From Candidatus Nomurabacteria bacterium (GTDB taxonomy: Bacteria > Patescibacteriota > Minisyncoccia > Phycocordibacterales > CALRBL01), in NCBI GenBank assembly GCA_963834935.1, contig CAWIDS010000001.1, positions 65,338 through 129,337 on the forward strand: a stretch of 64,000 bases of DNA, given 5' to 3'. Position numbers and translations under genes: made by a program. Shown here piece after piece: positions 29,318 through 38,375 of this stretch. Under the pieces are notes generated by a model. The model made no database searches, was not told the DNA's origin, and saw only the letters and a program-made list of their open reading frames with translations. The number at the start of each line of letters is the position of its first letter. Position 1 is the first letter of the stretch.

Positions 29318-29928
29318 GGCAGTGGCTTCCTATTATAGCTTCTTCTGTGCATATCGCACAAACCATTCTTCCTGATGAGCTCGCGATGCCTCAGCGTGCC
29401 GTAGCCCTTGTGGAGATGAAAATCATAGAGAGGATATTTTTTCGACAGCTTCACCATCAAGCGGTCCCGGGTGACTTTTGCCACTATTGAAGCGCAGGCG
29501 ATTACTTTTTCCTTCTCGTCGCCCTTGATGATGGTTTTTTGGTTTGTGAATTCCTCCGAGGCATGAAGCGCGCCATCAAGGAGGATTTTTGAATTTGTCT
29601 CGAGATAACCAGCCGCAGCCAAGCTAACGAGACATTTATTCATCGCAGCACGAATAGCTGGAATGATTCCCATCTGATCAATCGCCTTCGCGGGAGACAT
29701 CTCGACCTCGAAAAAGACATTACCATTTTTCTTTTCTTGTACAAAAATGCCAAACCACTTCTCTCTTTCGGCATGACTCATCTTTTTTGAATCCCTACCT
29801 TTAGGAAATCCTTTCAGCCGAAAGCCGAGTTTCATCCCGAAAACTGCCACCGAAACTGGTCCCGCCAAAGGACCTCTTCCTGCCTCGTCGATTCCGAAAG
29901 TCATACCATTTTTTTTGGTTTTTTTCAT
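29311..29928 (-). CDS. rnhB: Ribonuclease HII
   Basis: GIDEAGRGPLAGPV, DSKK, ASIVAKVTRD, HKGYGT, HRRSY. Confidence 0.96.
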   Translation of the reverse strand: MKKTKKNGMTFGIDEAGRGPLAGPVSVAVFGMKLGFRLKGFPKGRDSKKMSHAEREKWFGIFVQEKKNGNVFFEVEMSPAKAIDQMGIIPAIRAAMNKCLVSLAAAGYLETNSKILLDGALHASEEFTNQKTIIKGDEKEKVIACASIVAKVTRDRLMVKLSKKYPLYDFHLHKGYGTLRHRELIRKNGLCDMHRRSYNRKPLPW

Positions 29929-29957
29929 TATCAGATATTCTAGTATATTATGTATCC

Positions 29958-32900
29958 ATGCCTTTCTCCCATCTCCATAATCACAGCCATTATAGCCTCC
30001 TCCAAGCCCTTCCCAAAATCCCCGACTTGGTCAAGAAAGCCAAAAATTCCGGAATGACAGCGCTCGGCCTGACTGACAGCGGCAATCTCTACGGGGCCAT
30101 CGAATTTTATAAGGAGTGCGAAAAGAAAGGAATCAAGCCGATCCTTGGCGTCGACTTCTACGTCGCCTACCGCACTCGCCGCGACCGAGAGCCGCGCATC
30201 GACAATCGCCGCAGCCGCCTCATCCTGATCGCCAAGAATCTCGTGGGCTACAAAAACCTCATCAAGCTCGTCACTCGCTCGCATCTCGAAGGCTTCTACT
30301 ATAAACCACGCATCGATGACGAGCTTATCCAAGCCCACCACGAGGGGCTTATCTGTATCTCGCCGTCGTTTAGCGGCACGATTGCCTTAGCCCTAAAGAA
30401 CAATGACAAGGAAAAAGCCCTCGCCGAACTGGCGAAGCTGAAAAATATCTTCAAGGATGACTTCTATCTCGAAATCACTCATCATCCGGAAATCGAATAT
30501 CATGACAAGCTGATGGATGATCTCGCGGCGCTTGCGCAAGAGACAGACACTCCGCTTGTGGCATCCCATGATACATACTACCTCGAACCTGATGACAAAC
30601 GAGCCCGCGACACCCTGGTTTCGATCCAGAACGACTATGGCGAGCGCGTCTCAAGCACGGACAAAAGCGATTGGTCTTTCATCTCGCAAGAACAAGCAGA
30701 CGAATACTTCAAAAAAACTCCTGAGGCTCTATCCAATATCGATGCTATCGTTGAAAAGTGCACGCTCGTTCTCCCTCTCGGAAAATGGCTTTTCCCTAAT
30801 TTCATCGTTGAAAGCGGACGCACTCACGACGAAGAGCTCCACTACATCGTCTTTGAGGGAATGAAGGACCGCGGCATCGAAGGAACGCCGGAAGTGCTCG
30901 AACGAATCGAATACGAATTATCAGTCATCAAGACAAAAGGCTATGCGCCCTACTTCCTGGTGGTGGGAGATTTGCTTCGCGAAGCGCATGAACGCAATAT
31001 CCTCACTACCATCCGAGGATCGGTCGCCGGCTCGATGGTCACTTACCTCGCCCACATCACCAACGTGAATCCGATCGAATATCTCCTGCCCTTCGAGCGG
31101 TTCCTCAACCCTGAACGCCCCTCCGCACCTGATATCGACATGGATTACGCCGACAACCGCCGCGACGAGATGATCGGCTACGCACGTCAGAAATACGGCA
31201 AGGATAAGGTGGCTCAGATCGGAACATTCGGTACTATGATGGCGAAAGGAGCGGTACGCGATGTTGCCCGCGCCCTCGGCTATGACTACGGCACCGGCGA
31301 CCGAATCTCCAAGCTCATTCCAATGGGCTCGCAAGGCTTTCCCATGACCATCGATCGTGCGATTGAGATCGTGCCTGAGCTGGCCAAAGCCTATGAGCAA
31401 GAAGAAGACATCAAGGAAATCATTGATATGGCGAAAAAGATCGAAGGCTGCGCGCGACACATCTCTGTGCATGCCGCTGGCGTCGTCATCTCGCCGATTC
31501 CTCTCGATGAGATTGTTCCTGTACAGTACGACCCGAAAGGCACTGACAGTGGCGAAGGCAAGATCATCACCCAGTACGATATGCATTACGTCGACGAGAA
31601 CAATGCGGGGCTGCTCAAGTTCGATTTCCTCGGTATCCGGAACCTGTCGATTCTTGCCGATGCGGTGAAGCGGGTGAAAAGGATAAAAAATATTGATGTC
31701 GATATCGAGAATGTGCCGGTAGATGACAAAAAGACATTCGAGATGCTCGCGCGCGGAGAGACAACCGGCCTTTTCCAGCTGAATGGAAGCGGAATGACAA
31801 AATTTCTCGTCGACTTGAAGCCTTCGACTATCCATGACATCAATGCCATGGTGGCGCTCTACCGTCCCGGCCCGATGGAATACATTCCCAAATACATTGA
31901 ACGAAAGCACAATCCAAAACTAGTCCGTTATCATGACCCACGCATGGAGCCGATCTTGAAGCAATCGTTCGGAGTCATCACCTATCAGGACGACGTCATG
32001 ATGATTGCCATCAAGCTTGCCGGCTATTCCTGGCTCGAGGCTGACGTCCTTCGAAAAGCCATGGGAAAAAAGATTCCTGCATTGATGGAAGCGGAAAAAA
32101 TAAAGCTCAAGGATGGCTTGGTGAATAACGGCATGAGCGAGAAAAAAGCGGACGAGCTGTGGAAACTGATCGAGCCATTCGCCGCCTACGGATTCAACAA
32201 GGCCCACGCAGCAAGTTATGGAAAAGTGGCATATCAGACTGCATATATGAAAGCGAACTTCCCAGCCATATATATGTCTGCGGTGCTTACGGCAGAATCG
32301 GGAAATATCGAAGAAATCGCCACTAACATCGCCGAATGCAAGCGCATGGGCATCGAGGTTCTTCCGCCGAACATAAATGAAAGCTATAAAGGATTCACTG
32401 TGGTGCCAGGAGACGGCAAGACTGATGACGTCATCCGCTTCGGATTGGTGACCATCAAGAACTTCGGCGAAGGAATCGCTGAAGCGATCATCAGTGAGCG
32501 CGAAGCTCATGGCAAATTCGCTTCTCTTGAAGATTTTCTGCTTCGTATCAAGGACCGCAACCTCAATAAGAAATCTCTCGAGTCTCTCATCAAGGCAGGA
32601 GCAATGGACGAATTCGGCGACCGTGGGCTCTTGCTCGGCAATCTTGAAGTCATCCTTCACTTCAACAAGGAGACCACAGCGCTGCCGAATCATGAAGATA
32701 CCCTTTTCAGCTCGCTTTCGAAGGATGAATTTTCCGCGAGGCTCGCGCTCGACGAAATGCCACTTGCAGCCATGGAAGAAAAGCTCGGTTGGGAAAAGGA
32801 CCTTCTTGGCTTGTACATCTCGGGCCATCCTCTCGACAAGCACATGGAGAAATTCGAGAAGCACGACATGTCGATCGCCAAGCTGAAGGAAATCTGCAAG

Positions 32901-33203
32901 CCCATCTTCATCGAAGTTCCTGAGAATGTCGACAAGAAAACGCTAAAGAAGCAGCGTGAGAAGGAATACGTGGTGGCGGGAATGATCACTGAAGCCAAGG
33001 AAATAATCACTAAGACCAATGCCCGAATGATGTTCATGACTCTCGCTGATCGCACCGATTCTATTGAGTGCGTCGTCTTCGCCAAGACTTACGAACTGAT
33101 GAAGGGCCTGCTTACCACCGACGCCTGCGTCGCACTCAAAGGCAAAGTATCCGAAAGGAATGGGGAGCTGAGCTTTTTAGTTGATAAGGTGAAGAAACTG
33201 TAG
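29958..33203 (+). CDS. dnaE: DNA polymerase III alpha subunit
   Basis: HLHNHSHYSLL PHP domain, RGSVAGS, PDIDMD, KFDFLG, YGFNKAHA, OB fold. Confidence 0.98.
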   Translation: MPFSHLHNHSHYSLLQALPKIPDLVKKAKNSGMTALGLTDSGNLYGAIEFYKECEKKGIKPILGVDFYVAYRTRRDREPRIDNRRSRLILIAKNLVGYKNLIKLVTRSHLEGFYYKPRIDDELIQAHHEGLICISPSFSGTIALALKNNDKEKALAELAKLKNIFKDDFYLEITHHPEIEYHDKLMDDLAALAQETDTPLVASHDTYYLEPDDKRARDTLVSIQNDYGERVSSTDKSDWSFISQEQADEYFKKTPEALSNIDAIVEKCTLVLPLGKWLFPNFIVESGRTHDEELHYIVFEGMKDRGIEGTPEVLERIEYELSVIKTKGYAPYFLVVGDLLREAHERNILTTIRGSVAGSMVTYLAHITNVNPIEYLLPFERFLNPERPSAPDIDMDYADNRRDEMIGYARQKYGKDKVAQIGTFGTMMAKGAVRDVARALGYDYGTGDRISKLIPMGSQGFPMTIDRAIEIVPELAKAYEQEEDIKEIIDMAKKIEGCARHISVHAAGVVISPIPLDEIVPVQYDPKGTDSGEGKIITQYDMHYVDENNAGLLKFDFLGIRNLSILADAVKRVKRIKNIDVDIENVPVDDKKTFEMLARGETTGLFQLNGSGMTKFLVDLKPSTIHDINAMVALYRPGPMEYIPKYIERKHNPKLVRYHDPRMEPILKQSFGVITYQDDVMMIAIKLAGYSWLEADVLRKAMGKKIPALMEAEKIKLKDGLVNNGMSEKKADELWKLIEPFAAYGFNKAHAASYGKVAYQTAYMKANFPAIYMSAVLTAESGNIEEIATNIAECKRMGIEVLPPNINESYKGFTVVPGDGKTDDVIRFGLVTIKNFGEGIAEAIISEREAHGKFASLEDFLLRIKDRNLNKKSLESLIKAGAMDEFGDRGLLLGNLEVILHFNKETTALPNHEDTLFSSLSKDEFSARLALDEMPLAAMEEKLGWEKDLLGLYISGHPLDKHMEKFEKHDMSIAKLKEICKPIFIEVPENVDKKTLKKQREKEYVVAGMITEAKEIITKTNARMMFMTLADRTDSIECVVFAKTYELMKGLLTTDACVALKGKVSERNGELSFLVDKVKKL

Positions 33204-33226
33204 GTAAAATATTTTATTGTACGTAC

Positions 33227-33277
33227 AAAATAAAAAAGAAGAGCCCCCGCACCGTAAAAATCACGGAGCAAGGGCTC
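33227..33277 (-). terminator. Hairpin plus T-tract downstream of the 33315-33977 gene
   Basis: Minus strand GAGCCCTTGCTCCGT-GATTTTT-ACGGTGCGGGGGCTC then TTCTTTTTT; G-U pairs favour the minus strand. Confidence 0.75.
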
Positions 33278-33314
33278 AAAGGGTTAAGGGTACACTTATG
33301 CGTTTCGCCAAGGA

Positions 33315-33977
33315 CTACTCGGCGTCGCAGAAGCAGAGGAGGCAGCAGCGGTCAATCCAGACGCCCCCAAAGAGGCCGAGGCGGAACTTGAAGCCACCGT
33401 CCGAGCAGCGGAACACGAGCGTCACCCTGCGGTTGCCGTCGGCGTCTTTCCAGAGCGCTTCCTTTTCATCGAAGGAGACTGAATATCGGTCAACAGGCAG
33501 TTGCTCTTTGCCCTGCTCATAAGCGAGGCTCATGCCTTGGGCACCGACGAGCACTCCTTTGTGCGAACGGATCTGGTTCAGGCAGTCGTCTGACGACACC
33601 CGACCTTTGATCTGGAAGACCTTCACCTTGAACTTGCGTCCGGCGACGAGCTTGGTCGTCGCATTGGCGTAGTTCTGGTCGGTGATGTTTTTGTTGTAAT
33701 AGGCGAACTCCTTACGGTGCTCGTTACCGAACGTATCCAGACGGGTTCCGTGATCATAACCTTCCGGCACGATGACGTTGAAGGTGTTGACCAGTTCGAA
33801 ACGGTCGTCCACCAGGGCTCCCTCGGTGAGGGCAGCATGCATCGCTTTCGCGTGCCTGTTGCCTCTCGAGTTGACGATCTGATGCACAAGATCGGCGTTG
33901 AAGCCTGCCTTGTCGAGGACCAATGCAAATTCATGCATCGCTCTACAGCTCATATCACACACGCTTTTTGCGCTCAT
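33315..33977 (-). CDS. Hypothetical protein; putative DGR target with a C-terminal variable region
   Basis: Own promoter and terminator; last 38 codons are adenine-poor and NNC-rich. Confidence 0.7.
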   Translation of the reverse strand: MSAKSVCDMSCRAMHEFALVLDKAGFNADLVHQIVNSRGNRHAKAMHAALTEGALVDDRFELVNTFNVIVPEGYDHGTRLDTFGNEHRKEFAYYNKNITDQNYANATTKLVAGRKFKVKVFQIKGRVSSDDCLNQIRSHKGVLVGAQGMSLAYEQGKEQLPVDRYSVSFDEKEALWKDADGNRRVTLVFRCSDGGFKFRLGLFGGVWIDRCCLLCFCDAE

Positions 33978-34056
33978 GATGTTCTTTTTTCAATTTGCTA
34001 AATGATTCAAAGTGAAGTTCCCGACAGTAATGAAGGGCACTTTGAGTTTCGGGTGT

Positions 34057-34085
34057 ATTATATCATTTATTTATTAGACAGTCAA
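34057..34085 (-). promoter_or_regulatory. Near-consensus sigma70 promoter for the 33315-33977 gene
   Basis: TTGACT-17 nt-TATAAT with an extended -10 TG. Confidence 0.8.
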
Positions 34086-34122
34086 GTAAGTGAAAAAGTC
34101 TGAAACATGCTACTATTTTTCA

Positions 34123-35868
34123 ATGAATCAAAACGAACAGCTTTCCAATAAACGGCACACCTTAGCCCATCTTTTAGCTGCGGCAGTGCTTGAACTTCAT
34201 CCTGATGCGAAAAATACCATAGGTCCGGCAATAGACAATGGCTTCTATTATGATTTCGAATTCAGCGCTCCCCTTCCGGAAGCCGAACTTAAGGACCTCG
34301 AAAAGAAAATGAAAAAGCTTTCGAACGTCTGGACTGAATTCACTCACAAAGAAGTCAGCGAAGCCGAAGCGAAGGAATTTTTCAAAGATAATCCCTACAA
34401 GATCGAACTGATCGATGAGATCGTGAAGAAGAAAGAGGAAATCACTCTCTACACTTGCGGAAATTTCACCGACCTTTGCCGAGGCGGACACGTCGAGCAT
34501 CCCTCGAAGGAAATTGACCTCGACGCATTCAAGCTGAGCCATATCGCTGGTGCCTATTGGCGCGGCGACGAGAAAAACAAGATGCTCACCCGGATTTATG
34601 GACTGGCATTCGACACCAAGGAAGAGCTTAACGCGCATATTACTCAGCAGGAAGAAGCGAAGAAAAGAGACCATCGAAAGCTTGGAAAGGAACTGAGGCT
34701 TTTCACTATTTCCGATCTGATCGGCGCAGGCCTCCCTTTGATGCAACCAAAAGGAATGGTAATAAGGAAAGCTCTTGAAGATTATCTGTGGGAACTGCAT
34801 AAAAATAAGGGATACGACAGGGTTTGGACTCCCCATATCGCCAAAGAAGCTCTGTATGTCACCTCGGGTCACGCTGCAAAATTCGGCGACGAGCTTTTCC
34901 GCGTTCAAGGAAAAGAAGACAAATTCGTCATGAAGCCGATGAACTGCCCTCATCACATGCAGATTTTTGCAGACAATCAATTCTCATACCGCGACTTGCC
35001 TGTGCGTTACTTTGAGCCTGCGACCGTATATCGTGATGAAAAATCAGGACAGCTCGGCGGACTCACGCGCGTGCGCGCCATCACTCAAGATGATGGGCAC
35101 CTTTTCTGCAGGACAAGCCAGATCATCGAAGAAGTAGAAGTGATAGTAAATATCATCAAGGAATTTTATACGACTATGGGCCTCATGAATGACTACTGGG
35201 TTCGGCTTTCTCTTCGCGGCGATGATACGAGTAAATATCTCGGTTCGGATGAAGTATGGAATACCGCTGAAAAAGCTCTCACGGACGTATGCGAGAAACT
35301 AAGTCTTCCCTACAAGCCGGCGAAGGATGAAGCTGCTTTTTACGGGCCGAAGCTTGATTTCATGTTCAAAGACGCGATCGGACGCGAATGGCAGCTTGCT
35401 ACCGTGCAGTGCGATTTCAATCTCCCCGAACGATTCCAACTTGAATTCACCAATGAGAAAGGAGACAAGGAAAGACCAGTGGTCATCCACCGTGCGATTT
35501 CAGGATCTCTTGAACGATTCATGGCAGTCATGATCGAGCACTTCGCCGGCAACTTCCCTCTCTGGCTTTCGCCGGTGCAAGTGGCAGTCATACCTGTAAG
35601 AGAAAATCACAATGATAAAGGAAAGGAAGCTTATGAAAAGCTGATGGAGAACGATATCCGTGCCGAACTGAGCGATGATGACGAGAATCTTGGTAAGAAA
35701 GTGCGCGAAGCCAAAAACCAGAAGATTCCTTACACAATCATTATCGGAGACAAGGACATCGAAGCTGGCAAAGTCACCCTCGAAAGCCGCGACGCCGGCA
35801 ACCTCGGACAGCTCACTATCGATGAAGTGATTGCGAAACTAAAGGCTGAAATCGACGAAAAGAAATAG
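34123..35868 (+). CDS. thrS: Threonine--tRNA ligase
   Basis: RHTLAHLLA, DLCRGGH, GAYWRGD, KPMNCPHH, AFYGPKLD, IHRAISGSLERF. Confidence 0.98.
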   Translation: MNQNEQLSNKRHTLAHLLAAAVLELHPDAKNTIGPAIDNGFYYDFEFSAPLPEAELKDLEKKMKKLSNVWTEFTHKEVSEAEAKEFFKDNPYKIELIDEIVKKKEEITLYTCGNFTDLCRGGHVEHPSKEIDLDAFKLSHIAGAYWRGDEKNKMLTRIYGLAFDTKEELNAHITQQEEAKKRDHRKLGKELRLFTISDLIGAGLPLMQPKGMVIRKALEDYLWELHKNKGYDRVWTPHIAKEALYVTSGHAAKFGDELFRVQGKEDKFVMKPMNCPHHMQIFADNQFSYRDLPVRYFEPATVYRDEKSGQLGGLTRVRAITQDDGHLFCRTSQIIEEVEVIVNIIKEFYTTMGLMNDYWVRLSLRGDDTSKYLGSDEVWNTAEKALTDVCEKLSLPYKPAKDEAAFYGPKLDFMFKDAIGREWQLATVQCDFNLPERFQLEFTNEKGDKERPVVIHRAISGSLERFMAVMIEHFAGNFPLWLSPVQVAVIPVRENHNDKGKEAYEKLMENDIRAELSDDDENLGKKVREAKNQKIPYTIIIGDKDIEAGKVTLESRDAGNLGQLTIDEVIAKLKAEIDEKK

Positions 35869-35877
35869 AAGGTAGAC

Positions 35878-35920
35878 AGCAAAAACAAATACCATCTTGA
35901 TGATGGTATTTGTTTTTGCT
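35878..35920. terminator. Bidirectional terminator, 19-bp perfect inverted repeat
   Basis: AGCAAAAACAAATACCATC-TTGAT-GATGGTATTTGTTTTTGCT between convergent genes. Confidence 0.85.
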
Positions 35921-35931
35921 TCTGCTATCTT

Positions 35932-37587
35932 TTATTCTCCTATGCTTTCAAGTATCTCCTTTTCCTTTCGCTTCTCGTTTCGTCGCGCTACGTAAAGGTA
36001 GGCAAGGAAGGCGCTCCAGATGAAGAGTCCGCCGACGAAGAGTTCTGTCTTCACCGTAGGGCTGATGCCGGTAGCAGGGATCGAATTCAAGTACACACCA
36101 CCATTCGTTGGAGGAGTAGGTTGGGTGTATAAGTAAGCATTGTTGTTCTGGCCAACGTTCACATTACATGAAGCAGTCACTTGCTGGCCGTTCTCATAGA
36201 CAGTAACAGTGGCGTACTTGTAGCCTGAGGTCTGGTAGGACTTGTAGGCAGTAGAATTCGAGCTGTAAAGTCCGTCGGTTCCGTTCCATGAGTAGGTGTA
36301 GTAGCCATTGTAACCGTAGCTGTTGTTGTAGTTGTAACTATTGTTGTTATAGATTCCTCCTGAAGGATAAACGGTCCAAGTGACATTGTTATTTATTCCA
36401 GGATTGCTTGGTGTTCCTTCGCAATAAGCGGAGATGTTATTGTTGATATAATTATTTCCCTGGATGTTTGTCGTACAGGTCTGGGTGATGCTCTGGCCAT
36501 TTGAATAGATAGTCACTGTTCCGTATTTGGTACCAGGATTATTGTATGTCTGATAGACAGTCTGAGACGAGCCAGAAAGTCCGTCGGTTCCGTTCCATGA
36601 GTAAGAATAGTTTCCGTTTCCGCCTGAAGCATTGACGCTCCAAATCACCTGATTATTGACATTTGCGTACTCAGGCGATACCTGGCACGAGGCAGTAAGG
36701 TTATTTTGATAATTGTTGTTTACATATGCGTTACAGCTTGCTGACTGCGACTGCCCGTTCGAATTGACAGTAACTGTTGCGGTCTGATTTCCAGCGCTGT
36801 TGTAGGTTTGATAAACAGTTTGCGATGATCCTGAAAGGCTGTTCGAGCCGCTCCAGTAGTATGAATAGTTTCCGTTTCCACCTGAGACGTTCGCAGTCCA
36901 TCCAATTTGACCACCGACATTGATAGAGTTCGGATTAGCGGAACATGAGACAACAAGATTATTCTGTGTCTGGTTGACTTGGGCGTTGCATGTGGCTGAT
37001 TGTGTCTGACCGTTCGAATTGACTGTCACTGTTGCGGTCTTGCTCCCTGAGTTAGCATAGGTTTGGGAAACGCTCTGAGACGAGCCAGAAAGTCCGTCGG
37101 TTCCGTTCCATGAGTAAGAATAGTTTCCGTTTCCGCCTGAGACGTTCGCAGTCCAGGTTATCGGATTGTTCACGTTCACCGAAGAAGGATTAGCCGAACA
37201 TGAGACGACAAGATTATTCTGCTGTGGCTGATTAACGTTCACGCTACATGTCTGCTGAATGGATTGATTGTTCGAGGTGATAGTGACGGTGGCATATTTG
37301 GTGCCGGAAGTCGAATATGACTGAGATACCTGCCTGGTCAAGCCGCTGAGACCATCGGTTCCGTTCCATGAGTAAGTATAATAACCGTTTCCACCTGAAG
37401 CTGATCCGGTAAAGGTGACCGTATCGCCAATATGAGCGGTGCTTTCAGAAACGCTGCATGATCCTGTGACAGGCGGATAAGTACAGCCAGTGCTGCACGC
37501 ATATGCCTTGGCGTCGGATATCGCCAAAAGCGAAAATACAGCTAGGATAAAGGCAATGGTGAGGAAGATGTATTTTGTTTTTTTCAT
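35932..37587 (-). CDS. Surface protein with five PKD/Ig-like repeats and an LPXTG-like (IPATG) sorting signal
   Basis: Signal peptide; repeated SGGNGNYSYSWNGTDGLSG units; IPATG, TM helix and charged tail RRNEKRKEK. Confidence 0.8.
   Translation of the reverse strand: MKKTKYIFLTIAFILAVFSLLAISDAKAYACSTGCTYPPVTGSCSVSESTAHIGDTVTFTGSASGGNGYYTYSWNGTDGLSGLTRQVSQSYSTSGTKYATVTITSNNQSIQQTCSVNVNQPQQNNLVVSCSANPSSVNVNNPITWTANVSGGNGNYSYSWNGTDGLSGSSQSVSQTYANSGSKTATVTVNSNGQTQSATCNAQVNQTQNNLVVSCSANPNSINVGGQIGWTANVSGGNGNYSYYWSGSNSLSGSSQTVYQTYNSAGNQTATVTVNSNGQSQSASCNAYVNNNYQNNLTASCQVSPEYANVNNQVIWSVNASGGNGNYSYSWNGTDGLSGSSQTVYQTYNNPGTKYGTVTIYSNGQSITQTCTTNIQGNNYINNNISAYCEGTPSNPGINNNVTWTVYPSGGIYNNNSYNYNNSYGYNGYYTYSWNGTDGLYSSNSTAYKSYQTSGYKYATVTVYENGQQVTASCNVNVGQNNNAYLYTQPTPPTNGGVYLNSIPATGISPTVKTELFVGGLFIWSAFLAYLYVARRNEKRKEKEILESIGE
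36561..37140. repeat. Exact 67-nt direct repeat between two coding repeat units
   Basis: 36561-36627 is identical to 37074-37140. Confidence 0.9.
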
Positions 37588-37608
37588 GTGATTATTATAT
37601 ATCATATA

Positions 37609-38304
37609 TCATATACTGTCAATAGATACGAGATATGCTTCCGCAACGTACCTGTCGGTCTTCTGGCCGAAGCTATTGCACGTCGACAAAGTCAGCATAT
37701 TCTTTTTGTCCGAAAAATCAACCAATTCTTGAGTAGCATTGACCAGACTGACATCGCCTACCTTGTATACGTACTTTTTTTTCAAGCCGAAAAGGTCAAT
37801 TTCATCGCCGGCTTTAAGATTCTTTATGTTATTGAATACCTGGTATGCCTTGTTATTCACGATGCGATAGCCAGTGCTGTGACCGAAGATAAAGACGTTT
37901 CCTTCCCCTGCAAGGCCGGAGCCGGGATAATAGACAGGCCCATGAGTCAAGGAGTTATCGAGGACAGTGTAATCATCCGATGAAGGATGCACCACGTCAG
38001 CATCCAAGTTTATGGATGGCGCGACTATGCGGAGCGGCGTCTCGCCTTTCGGCGACGAGATGATCTGCGATGAATTCACTTCTGCGCTCGACGTGCCGGT
38101 CAATCCAAGATTCTGAAAAGTGGACTGCTCGATCTGGGTCGCGATGGTATTATCCTGCGTCTGAACTTCGAATTCATTGGGTATGAAGCCGAGAAAGTTG
38201 AGAATGATGCATGTCACGAGAAATACCCCAAGAAATATCCCGGCAAAAAAAAGAGTATTCTTTATGAAATGCTCGTGGGCGGCGTAAAAGGAGTTTTTCT
38301 TCAT
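37609..38304 (-). CDS. Sortase
   Basis: N-terminal TM, GNVFIFGHS (His), LTLSTC (Cys), TDRY (Arg). Confidence 0.92.
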   Translation of the reverse strand: MKKNSFYAAHEHFIKNTLFFAGIFLGVFLVTCIILNFLGFIPNEFEVQTQDNTIATQIEQSTFQNLGLTGTSSAEVNSSQIISSPKGETPLRIVAPSINLDADVVHPSSDDYTVLDNSLTHGPVYYPGSGLAGEGNVFIFGHSTGYRIVNNKAYQVFNNIKNLKAGDEIDLFGLKKKYVYKVGDVSLVNATQELVDFSDKKNMLTLSTCNSFGQKTDRYVAEAYLVSIDSI

Positions 38305-38338
38305 GGGAATTAGGGTCATTATAGCAGATGACAATTTA

Positions 38339-38367
38339 TTGACAAGTATTATATTGTAAAGTATAAT
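38339..38367 (+). promoter_or_regulatory. Consensus sigma70 promoter
   Basis: TTGACA-17 nt-TATAAT, 8 nt before ATG 38376. Confidence 0.8.
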
Positions 38368-38375
38368 CCTGAATT

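Noticed and set aside
36290-36460. AAC-rich stretch (NNNSYNYNNSYGYN) as a possible DGR template repeat
   Set aside because: It is in-frame low-complexity coding sequence with no similarity to 33318-33431.
36200-37420. Repeated CGGTTCCGTTCCATGAGTA motif as a CRISPR array
   Set aside because: Spacing is about 250-500 nt inside a coding frame; these are protein domain repeats and no cas genes are present.
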